DNA from: Phyllobates terribilis
Lineage: Eukaryota
Assembly (NCBI RefSeq): GCF_046119375.1
Contig: NW_027362761.1
Span: 425,878,001-425,942,000 of the forward strand
Length of the DNA stretch: 64,000 bases
Direction: 5' to 3'
The stretch's first letter is position 1. The number at the start of each line of letters is the position of its first letter. A program made the translations under genes and the position numbers. Of this stretch, positions 10,943 to 21,331 are shown piece after piece. Under the pieces are notes generated by a model. The model saw only the letters and a program-made list of their open reading frames with translations, was not told the DNA's origin and made no database searches.

Positions 10943-12316
10943 CAAACTTTTCGATCAACCTTTTCATTTTAATAAAGACCAAAAAAATGGTCATTTTTGA
11001 AATTATAAGCATTAGCAGGTTGTTAGAAACTGAAATCAAACAGTTTTCAACTCAAAACTTTATTCTAGGTGATGTTACATTTTCACATAGGACCCCTTGT
11101 TCGAAAGGAGCTTCTGAACTCTCTCGTCCATTGAATTTGTCAGGTTTTGGATGGTTTCTGCTTCAATTGTTTTGCATGAGGACAGAATACCCTCCCAGAG
11201 CTGTTGCTTAGATGTGAACTGCCTCCCGCCATCATAGACACTCCTTTTAATGATGCTCCAAAGGTTCTGAATGGGGTACAGGTCAGGGGAGCATGGGGGT
11301 CACACCATAAGTTTGTCCCCTTTTATGCCCATATCAGCCAGAGATGCAGATGTTTTATGTGCAGCATGAGATGGTGCATTATCATGCAGAAAAATGATCT
11401 TGCTGTGAAATACACGGTTCTTCTTCTTGAACCATGGCAGGAAGTGCTGTTTGAGAAAATCCACATACATTATGGAGTTCATCTTTAGCGCCTTCAGGGA
11501 TCCTAAAGGGGCCGACAATCTCTCTCCCCATGATTCCAGCCCAAAACATTACTCCACCTCCTCCTTGTTGGCGCTGTAGCCGTGTTTGCGTGGGGTGTCC
11601 ATCAACCAGCCATCCTCCACTCCATCCATCTGGACCATCGAGCGCTGCACGTCACTCATCCGTGAACAAAACAGTTTTGAAATCAGTCTTCATGTAATGT
11701 TTGGCCCACTGGAGCCGTTTCTGCTTGTGTGAACTGGATAGAGGAGGTCGACAGGATGGCGTATGCACAGCTGCAAACCTCTGAAGGACCCTGCATCTTG
11801 TTGTTCGGGGGACGTTGGAGGCACAAGCAGCTTCAAAAACTTGTCTGCTGCTATGACAAGGCTTTTTTGCCGCTGCTCTTTCAACCTGACGTAATTGCCT
11901 GTAGGAAAGAGTCCTCAATTTGCCCTTATCAGCACGCACACATGTGTACTGTGAATCAGCTACATACTTCTTGATTGCCAAGACACTTCATCCTGATCAT
12001 CGCACAATGTTGATTGTAGTCATGCCTTGACCTAAACACTCCACAATTTGTTGCTTCTCAGCAGCCGACACATCCTTTTTCTTTCCCATTTTGGCAGAAA
12101 ATGTAGGCTGCTTAATAATGTGAGACAGCCTTCTTAAGTAGTCTTGCCTTTCATTGGACACACCTGCCAAACTAATTAGCACAGGTGTCTGCAATTGCTT
12201 ACAGTGATATAAAGAGCCCTGACACACATCACCATCAATGAGTTTAACTGACAAACAAACAAATTCTTCCCTTATCACTCCTAAACACTTTTTGCATAAT
12301 AATTTGGAACGCAGTG
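10943..12316 (-). mobile_element. Decayed Tc1 (DD34E-type) element nested in the hAT; 5' TIR retained, 3' end deleted
   Basis: TIR CACTGCGTTCCAAATTATTATGCA next to TA at 12317-12318; MGKKKDVSAAEKQQIV (ATG at 12089), VLFTDE and IIFLHDNAPSH in shifted frames. Confidence 0.88.
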
Positions 12317-12386
12317 TACATGTGCTTTTCCACAAAACACCAGTGGTTCACGTAGTGAATCTTACAGTTCTAACTTGCCAACCGTG
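12317..12386 (+). pseudogene. Continuation of the second hAT transposase fragment (equivalent to 10095-10163)
   Basis: TACATGTGCTTTTCCACAAAACACCAGTGG...CCAACCGTGG; the Tc1 is inserted at its TA. Confidence 0.88.
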
Positions 12387-14210
12387 GTCTGTATGGAATT
12401 GTTCAATAAAGGGCCCAAAATTAAGATAACATAGATGGGAGAGGTCTCTATGAATAGGAATTCCTAAGTATTTGATACCCTGTGAGGGCCAGGCAAAGGG
12501 AAAGTTGGACTGGATGGAATCCTATATGGATTTGGGGAGGGAGACATCGAGGGCCTCAGACTTCGCTGCATTGATTTTAAAATTTGACCATGTAACAAAG
12601 TGATCTATTTCAGCCATAACAGCATGGATGGATATATGTGATTGAGTGATATATACTAGGACATCATCAGCAAATAGAGAGCACTTGTACTCGGTGCCTC
12701 CCACCTCAATCCACCTAATATTGGGGTAATGGCGAATTGATGAGAGCAGGTGCTCCGTCACTAGGATGTATAAGAGAGGGGACAGAGGACATCCCCGCCT
12801 TGTCCCATTGGTGATTGTGAAAGGTGATGAAAATGTTCTGATGCACCCCCTGGGCCTTGGGACACCCGGAGCCGGACCCTTTTTGGTGGATGCTGGTGGT
12901 TGTAGTCTTCGTGGCGGCGACCCGGTTCCGTGGCTCAGGGTGGTCAAACCAGTGGCGGAACTATTTATGTGGTTTTGATGTTTAAATGTCCGACTACGCC
13001 ACCCGTGGATTGCGGTCAGAGTGAACCGCCGCTGCAGGGCAGACCGCTGAGGCTGGTGTTGTGGGTGCAGCAGAGCGTAGCATAACTCCCCACGGGAGGA
13101 GTATAGCCTCAGGGCAGTGTATGCGGAGGATGGGGGTGATGGTGCAGGGCAGCAGCAGTAACGACACGGAGTCAGTGATGCAGTCCAGGGCCTTTACTCA
13201 CAGTTCTTATTATCCAGACCACGTCTGCAGGTAACGGCTGCCCACGTCGTACTGTGCTCACCAGGTGAGGGGCTCAGACAACTCCCAGATAACTTTGGAG
13301 CGCTTCACAGGACCCCCTTTGTGTGTCCTTTGTCTGGCCTTTCTTACCAACCCTTCTGTCCGGCTGCCTCGGGCCTCCTTTTGGTAAACTTGGCGCCAGT
13401 TTCCCTGACCCTATGTGGTGCCTTCCTAGCGGGTGTAGCGAGGGGCTGCGCCACATAAAATGTCACAGCCTCCGGTTTCTAGCTGAGGGTCGTTTCCTGC
13501 CTCCACTAGTTTCGGGGACCGGTCTCCCCCTTTGGCCTGACCCCTCCACGCAGGTGGATTCGGGCGTGCAGTGGCGACTCGCCTGTCCGCACCCCTGGGA
13601 TCCCTTTATTCCTCGTTCCTGGAGCCTTCTCCGCTCCTCTTCCTTCCTTCTCCCTCTTCCAGGCCTGGGCCTCTGTTACTAGGCCCGCCTCCGGAGCAGA
13701 GCTCATGCAGAGCCCCTGCTCCCTGCCACTTCTGCTCAGACTTCTCTGCACTGAACTAAGATGGTGCTCACCTTTTATACTCCCTTCTCAATGAACCCAG
13801 GAACTGCTTCCTCCCTGCTCCTGCACTACAGGGTTCCCCTTTCTCAGTGTTCCCTCCCCCCACTCCAGCCAGGGACAGGGACTGTCGTGCCCATCTCAGA
13901 GGCATATTGGTCGCCCTGCCCCACGGCAATGTGGTGTAATGCATGCAGGTGTCAGGTCCTGATCCACACTCCATCCTTACCTGAGAGTGAGATATCACAC
14001 CTCTGGGTGAGGTGCAATACCTCTGTAGCAACCGAGCCCTCAGGGTGCTACAGTTCCATTTATCTTCAGCCTAGGTGACGTATTGTGATACAGGGCCGTG
14101 ATTTTGGCTATAAAAGGGTCCCCTAGACCCCCACCCCAAGCTTTTTAAGAGAATCATATATGGCGTGCCAGGAGACTCTATGGAATGCTTTCTCAGCATC
14201 CAACGAGAGT
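12387..14210 (-). mobile_element. L1/Tx1-clade LINE reverse transcriptase fragment, split by a solo LTR
   Basis: SLDAEKAFHRVSW (14170-14205); KINGT|FSSPFTITNGTRRGCPLSPLLY rejoins across the LTR; SLFADDVL motif. Confidence 0.9.
12839..14052 (-). mobile_element. Solo LTR (1214 bp) with 4-bp TSD GTTC
   Basis: TG...CA termini, GTTC on both sides, removal restores the L1 frame; minus-strand TATAAAA at 13773-13779 and AGTAAA at 13193-13198 suggest the orientation. Confidence 0.88.
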
Positions 14211-14316
14211 ATCTAATTACAAATTTTTAACTGCATCTAGCCCAGGAAATACTTTGTGCCTAGTAGCAGTGTCTGCTAGTCAGCGGATTATCCCGGCTGT
14301 TATGCAAGCTACACCA

Positions 14317-14587
14317 CCTGTAGTTTAGACACTTAATTTTTTCAAAGGAAATGCTTCGGGACCATGGGATACTCAGTGAAGAGCATCAGGAGGCACCCCA
14401 AGGCATAGGGGCTGGGACTGGCAGTAGGATGCCTTGCGGTGGACAGCCGAGCTCGATCCTTATAAAAGCTTTTTAACTGCAGCAGCTTTAGTGGACGCTA
14501 CTGGAGCTGGAATTACGCGGCTGCTGGCATGAGACTTGCCCTCCAATAGATCCTTGTAAATGGTTTAAAAGTGTATTCATTCAAATT
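14317..14587 (-). pseudogene. 18S rRNA-derived fragment (~270 bp, helix 18/530-loop into V4) embedded in the hAT 3' arm
   Basis: Reverse complement reads GGATCTATTGGAGGGCAAGTCTCATGCCAGCAGCCGCGTAATTCCAGCTCC...GCTGCAGTTAAAAAGC...GATGCTCTTCACTGAGT...CCCGAAGCATTTCCTTTGAAAAAATT, collinear with vertebrate 18S. Confidence 0.92.
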
Positions 14588-15432
14588 AGAGAGACAATTT
14601 AAATTAAAAAGCTTAGAGCTGCCTCCACCACAGGGGGGCTCGCTCGACCCACCAGCGGACAGGCACCAGTATTGGGAGAGGGGGGCTGGTCATCAGGGTT
14701 CACCGCGGCTCTGGCACAAACCCGGCGACACGGAGGTGGCACGGGCAGGAGCGGACTGGCCGTGTCGGCTTCTCACTTTTTGGATTTTAGAAGGGCATGA
14801 CATGCCTATATCTGTGTCTCCCCCTCCTTTTACTCCTCCACCTCTTTTATTTTCGCATGACTATATGTACTTGTCACTTTTCCATGTGTTAGTTATGTCT
14901 TCTGAGCAGTTTGTCAGCTTTTGGACACCTTTGAAGGTGTTTTCTATGTGTTTCTATGTGTTTTTGTTTGCCTGCCATTGGTTTTAACGGTGTTCGAAGG
15001 TGTTCGACGAACAGTTCAGCGAACACACGGGTGTTCGACAAACCGAACCGAACTCGAACACTACGGGGGTGGCTCAACACTATAGCTGACAATAAACTGC
15101 CTAGCTAACTGTCTGGCTACTTGCTGCAGCAGGAGCAGCCTCTCTGTGCTGTTACACTAACAAAATGGTGCCAAAAGAACATGTCCACTTTTTAGATGGA
15201 GAGGGACAAGTGACTTCGGCCGCCAATGACACAAGCCCTTGTGTCTGGACATTGTGGATGGTTTCTGCGCCCTGATTTGCTGCCGGAATCACCACACATT
15301 AAGTTAATAAAAAAAAATAAATAATAAGTCTTCCCCTCCTCTGTCCTCTCCCCACTCCATCCTCTCATCAAACATGTCACCCCCTCACATCATATAGCAC
15401 CACTATCCTAGCCAAAGTCCTAACAAAAGCAT

Positions 15433-15580
15433 TAGTGGAAACTCGATCATTTACCGAACTTTGGCCGATTTGTGCCGATTTTGAGGAAAATGCTCAGGAA
15501 TCCGAATACGAATTCGAACGTGCAATGTTCATGCTGATTTTGAGATTGGCGAACATTTTCCAAAGAAGTTTGCTCATCTA
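15433..15580. mobile_element. Short degenerate remnant of a TAGAGATGAGC-type non-autonomous hAT
   Basis: CGAA/TTCG-rich sequence ending TTGCTCATCTA; no TSD confirmed. Confidence 0.45.
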
Positions 15581-15619
15581 TAGATGTGAATTCTCATATC
15601 TCAATGTATTGTTTCAATC

Positions 15620-16330
15620 TGTGTTTTTAAGATACAGATCAGTTAGTCGTTTTGTTACTTTAAATATATACCCGTGTGTCCAAAAATTGTAGACTATCAC
15701 ATTTTGTGGTAAATTGTAGTTAAGGAAATATTCCATTAAAACAATCAAGGAATACCCCAAATTCATGTGTGAGAAGAGGCTGGATGAGTGTACCATAATC
15801 TTCCTCAAACTGGGCCATAAATATGTCTGCACATGTAGGGACCACATTAGACCCAATTGCAGTTCCCCTACATTGTATACAGAATTTCTCTTTAAATAGA
15901 AAGCAATTACAGCTCAGTATGAATTTTAAAGATTATAAAATGAATTGTTCCTGGTCAATATCCAAATGAGAGTATTGCAAAGTTCTACTCACTACCTCCA
16001 AGCCTCTCATGGTCAATACTGGTAGAAAGATTACAAATGTCAAAGGACGCCAACAATTGCCACTCCAAAAAGTCTAAACTCCTGAAGCTTAAGGTCAAAA
16101 TAAGTGCTATCCCTGACATAAGATCATGTTTTAATAGCATTATAATGTCAATATCTTGTCTAAAAAAATATTACCTGGGATGAATCCCGGAAACAATTTG
16201 ACATCTAGGGGGATTTCTTAGATATTTATGTATCTTGGGCAAAATATACAGTTTCTGTAGTTGTCCACTTACTGTACTTGTTCATTCAATCTTGACCATT
16301 TCTGGATACTAACTACGTTTTTTAATTGGT
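15620..16330 (-). mobile_element. Penelope-like retroelement RT fragment, decayed
   Basis: LYILPKIHKYLRNPPRCQIVSG, SYVRDS, LLASFDICNLSTSID and GTAIGSNVVPTCADIFMAQFEED in shifted frames. Confidence 0.85.
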
Positions 16331-16480
16331 CCACGTATACCTAAATTTTTTTGCCGTTTTCATTGACTTCTATCTGCAAAAACGCGATATTCAGGAGCGT
16401 AATGTCCATTGAGTATTTATTGGAGATTTGTTTAAACGTTATACAGAAATTCTTATAGTTCGGAAAAAATGTAGGTCTTA

Positions 16481-17000
16481 AAGGGAACCTGTCACGTCCT
16501 AGTTACTATATACACTACCCCCATTGCTTTGTTAGTGATGCAGTGTGCATCACTAACAAGCTATTTTCATTAAAATTGGTGGTAGTATAATGATTTTATA
16601 ACATTATATATACTTTGTCCTACCTGCTGTATTCAGTCATAGGGGTGTGATCCTGCTATTCAGTCATGGGCAGCACTGCATTCACTCACTGCTGGTGCCG
16701 CCCATGTATTTGAATACTGCTCCCGGCAAGGTTGTGTCTAGATCGGTCGGAGTTGATTTCTTGAGGCCCTCACTCCAGCAACTACAATCTAGTCTCCTCA
16801 GTAGTGAAGCGTCTAGATCAGAGTTGATTTTTTTGTTCTCCTCACTTTAGCCACTCCGATCTAGACGCTTCACTGCTGAGGAGACTAGATTGGAGATGCT
16901 GGAGTGAGGGTCTCAGTAACCCCCTCCGATGTAGACAGTTCAGCACTGACACCACTAGATCGGAGCTGATTCCAGGATCCTCATACTCACTGCTGTCTAG
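16481..17000. mobile_element. Kolobok/T2-type MITE fragment with internal hairpin (arms ~16745-16820 / 16850-16930)
   Basis: TTAA-AGGGAACCTGTCA left end; inverted repeat CTCACTCCAGCA...GAAGCGTCTAGATC; right end not seen. Confidence 0.6.
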
Positions 17001-17968
17001 TTGCCTCTACCGGCTTTTTAAAGATTTTCTTATGCTTTTTTTATGCAATTGCTCATGTTTTTAATGGAGCAAACATCACAAGTCAAAAATGATTTTTTTA
17101 GATTGTTATATAATTTATGTATTTTTATACTGTTATATATTTTATGGATTTGGGCAAAATTCTTTTTTTTCCTGATTAATGAAACTTACATTTTTATTGT
17201 CGCTTTATGTAACATAAAAAATTCCCCTGATCGCTGATTGTTCAGTTTTGCCAGAATGTGACTCTTCCCATTTGTCCACAGTCCTGTCCGCAGCACCGAC
17301 ATTGTGAAGAGTGGGCGGAGCTCTGCGGGCAGAGGCGTAAAAGAGCGCCCCCGACAGTCACCATAATGTACAACACAGAAGTGACAAATTATTACAGGAA
17401 TGTCTAAGGTCACTGGAGAACACTGCTGGTAATATATACATATATACAGGCATGTCCAGGGTCACTGGAGAACACTGCTGTTATCATTTCTGCCACTTTT
17501 GTGCTGTACATTCTGATGCTTCTGTCGTCTGCGCACCGTCACTGGCTGAGACTTGTGGACTTACAGGAAAATTTGAATTCTATCAAAACTGAACAATCAG
17601 AGCTATGTGTAATTTTTAATATTACAGAAAGAGATAATAAAAAAACTCACTTTATTAATTAAAAAATTTTTTTCACAAAGTGTCCGAGCTTTCTCCCTCT
17701 CACCCTTCATTAAAGGGGATATCCGTTCCACTCGTTCAGCTGCCTCTGCTGACGTTGCATCGACAGAGCGGAGGCTTCTTTTCCGCTCCATTGTGTTGAC
17801 AGGGCGAGACTGACAACGTCATTCTGACTGACAGCTGGATTCCCACTGTTATTCCCATTTTCCCACTGACCTCATATCAATTCATCTTTTGGTTTACATA
17901 AAAAAGTCTTGACAGATGTGGCCCCATCTAAAATACGTGCAATGTCCTCATAAGAAGAGGTAAATGTA

Positions 17969-19568
17969 CAGTGGGGAAAATAAGCATTTGGTACACTGCC
18001 GATTTTGCACGTTTTCTCACCTACAAAGAATGGAGAGGTCTGTAATTTTTATCGTAGGTACAGTTCAACTGTGAGAGACAGAATCTAAAAATAAAAAAAA
18101 CAGAAAATCACATTGTATGATTTTTAAATAATTAAATAGCATTTTATTGCATGAAATAAATATTTGATCACCTACCAACCAGCAAGAATTCCGTCTCTCA
18201 CAGACCTGTTAGTTTTTCTTTAAGAAGCCCTCCTACTCTGCACTTTCTGCCTGTATTAATTACACCTGTTTGAACTCATTACCAGTATATAAGACACCTG
18301 TCCACACACTCAACCAATCAATCACACTCTAATCTCTCCAAAGACTAAAGCGCTGTCTAAGGACAACAGGGACAAAATTGTAGACTTGCACAAGGCTGGG
18401 ATGGGGTACAGGACAATAGGCAAGCAGCTTGGTGAGAAGGCAACAACTGTTGGCACAGTTATTAGAAAATTGAAAAAGCACAAGATGACTGTCAATCTTC
18501 CTCGGTCTGGGGCTCCATGCAAGGTCTCGCCTCATGGGGTAAGGATGATTCTGAGAAAAGTCAGGAATCAGCACAGAACTACATGGGAGGATCTGGTCAA
18601 TGACCTGTAGAAATCTACGACAACTATCTCAAACACACTACGCCATCATGAATTAAAATCCTGCAGGGCATTCAAGGTCCCCCTACTCATGCCAGCACAT
18701 GTCCAGGCCCTTTTGAAGTTCGCCAATGACCATCTGGATGATCCAGAGGAGGCATGGGAGAAGATTATTTGGTCAGATGAAACCAAAATAGAACTTTTTG
18801 GTATCAACTCCACTCACTGTATTTGGAGAAAGAAGAAGGATGAGTACAACCCTAAGAACACAGTCCCAAATGTGAAGCATGGTGGGGGAAACATCATAGT
18901 TTGGGGGTGGTTTTCTGGAAAGGGAACAGGACGACTACACCGCATTGAAGGGAGGATGGATGGGGTCATGTATTGCGGGATTTTGGCCAACAACTTCCTT
19001 GCCTCAGCAAGAGCACTGAAGATGGGTCGTGGCTGGGTCTTCCAGCATGACAATGACACAAAAGACACAGCCAGGGCAACTAAGGAGTGGCTCTGTAAGA
19101 AGCATTTCAAGGTCCTGGAGTGGCCTAGCCAGTCTCCAGACCTGAACCCAATAGCAAATCTTTGAAGGGAGCTTAAACTCAATGTTGCCCAGAGACAGCA
19201 TCGAAACCTGAAAGATGTGGAGAAGATCTGTATGGAGGAGTGGGCCAAAATCCCTGCTACAGTGTGTATGCAAGCTTGGTCAAGAACTACATGAAACGTC
19301 TGACCTCTGCAATTGCAAACAAAGGTTTCTTTACCAAATATTAAGTTATTAAGTTCTGTTTTTCTATTGTATCAAATACTTATTCATGCAATAAAATGCT
19401 AATTAATTATGTAAAAATCATACAATGTGATTTTCTGGATTTTTTTCTTAAGATTCTGTCTCTCACAGTTGAAATGTACCTACGATAAAAATTATAGACC
19501 TCTCCATTCTTTGTAGGTGGGAAAACTTGCAAAATCAGCAGTGTATCAAATATTTATTTTCTCCACTG
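17969..19568 (+). mobile_element. Full-length Tc1 element, Passport-like (DD34E), defective
   Basis: TA flanks, ~200-bp TIRs starting CAGTGGGGAAAATAAG; transposase ~18337-19345 ([37 protein letters not shown]) with stops at 18608 and 19163. Confidence 0.93.
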
Positions 19569-19742
19569 TATGCGATAGACTCATTTGTGATATACTTATT
19601 GCAGGTTCCATGTCGTCTATGGGTACACATCTTCAGGTCATGAATGGAGTAAGACAAAAAAGCAGCACCGCATAATCCCATCCACATGACAGAAGCCAGG
19701 CAAAGATCCAAAATGGTGAGTGCACGCAATGTCAAGTTAAAA

Positions 19743-21293
19743 GAGTGATGAGCAAAAGGGTAACAATGTTTTGAACTTTTGACTTTCAGGCTCTATATCT
19801 CACCATCCACCAGTGCTTCAAACGCGAGACTGCCATCATTTAATAGACAATCATTTTCGCTATCTCATACATAAATTTGACTTTCAACTATTTAGCATAT
19901 GATTAGTAATGCAGATTGTTGTCATGTCACTGCATTGTTACTGTTGTGCTCCTGGTGGTGGTGGAAATTCTTTTCTACCTGTATACTACAAATTACAACC
20001 TGTTTTCACATTCCCTATAGCTATGTGTTATTAGGTTGATTCCCAAGCGAAAAGTCATTGATTCAAATCAAATAAGATTTCCCAAGAAAAGAGAAACAGT
20101 ATCATCCAGCTCATCGATAGCGGTCTCTCGGCCAAGAATATTGCCAAACTGCATCATGTGAGTGCCAAGACAGTTAGAAGAATATGAAATGAAGTCCTTC
20201 CATCTATTCAAAAGCCAAGAGGTGAATGTCCAGGCAAAATATCGGCTGATCACAAGGTCTATCAGTTCTGGCGTGACAAAGTCGGCTGTGGAGGTGGCTC
20301 GTTTGCTTCGCAATAGTGAGGTCACAAATGTCCATGCAAGCACTGTGTGAAGCACTTTACACAAGTCTGTGGCCCAAAAAAAGGGGAAGAAGTCTCCACT
20401 TCAATATCAAAAGAAGCGTTGGCTCAAGTTTGCAAAAAGGTATGATAAATGGACAGTAGAAGATTGGAAAGGGGTGATTTGAAGCGATGAAGCAAAAGTC
20501 AAAAGACTAGACTCTGATAGGTGCAAGTGGGTCTGAAAGAAACAGGGGAAAAAGGGGCTAACGGATCGAGAAATTGAAGGAACTGTCAAGTTCAGTGGAG
20601 GAAGCCTGAAGATATGGGGTTGTTTCACAACCAAAGGCGTTGGATACTTGACCAGGATCGATAGTGGTCTCAATGCTGAGCTATATGTTTGTATCCTACA
20701 AGACGAGTTACTTCATACACTCGAGTACTATGGGTATGAAAAGGTTGACAGTGTTCCAGCAGGACAACGACCCGAAGCATACGTCGAGATTAGCGAAGAA
20801 TTGGTTCAATGACAATGAAGTAGAGGTGCTGGATTAGCCCCCACAGTTCCCAGACCTCAACCCAATTGAACACTTGTGGGTAGAGTTGAAGAAAAAGCTG
20901 TATACATACCCAAGTGAATCAACCAGTATGCACCAACTTTGGGAATGTGCAGAAGACAAGTGGGATCAGATTTTGCTCGAGACATGCTTAAATCTGATCG
21001 GAAGTATGCCCAGAAGGATTCAGGCAGTTTTGAAAACCAAAGATGGATTTATATAATACCAACAAAATGATAAAAATAAAAAAATAGATTTTTAGGAGCA
21101 AAATAGTGACATGACAAGAATGTGCATAACTAATCATATGCTAAATAGTTGCAAGTCAAATTTATGTATGAGATACCCAAGATGAAGGTCTATAAAATGA
21201 TGGTAGTCTCACATTCTAAGCAGTAGTGGATGGTGAGATATGGAGCCTGAAAGTCAAAAGTTCAAAACATTGTTACCCTTTTGCTCTTCACTG
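19743..21293 (+). mobile_element. Full-length Tc1 element of a divergent lineage, defective
   Basis: ~190-bp TIRs (GAGCAAAAGGGTAACAATG...TGTCATGTCACT); transposase ~20070-21056 with [14 protein letters not shown] and PDLNPIEHLW, several stops. Confidence 0.9.
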
Positions 21294-21331
21294 TAATTGA
21301 TAGATAATTTGACACTATGTGGTACTATGTA

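Larger units (their letters stand above)
4516..15082 (+). mobile_element. Large composite hAT DNA transposon (10,567 bp) with intact transposase
   Basis: Perfect 8-bp TSD TAGCTGAC at 4508-4515 and 15083-15090; imperfect TIRs TAGAGATGAGC / GCTCAACACTA; dense subterminal GTTCG/CGAAC motifs at 4530-4660 and 14990-15060. Confidence 0.95.

Noticed and set aside
19605-19715. Plus-strand exon-like segment (TTGCAG|...ATG|GTGAGT, 111 bp)
   Set aside because: Stop codons in all three frames and no partner exons; at most non-coding.
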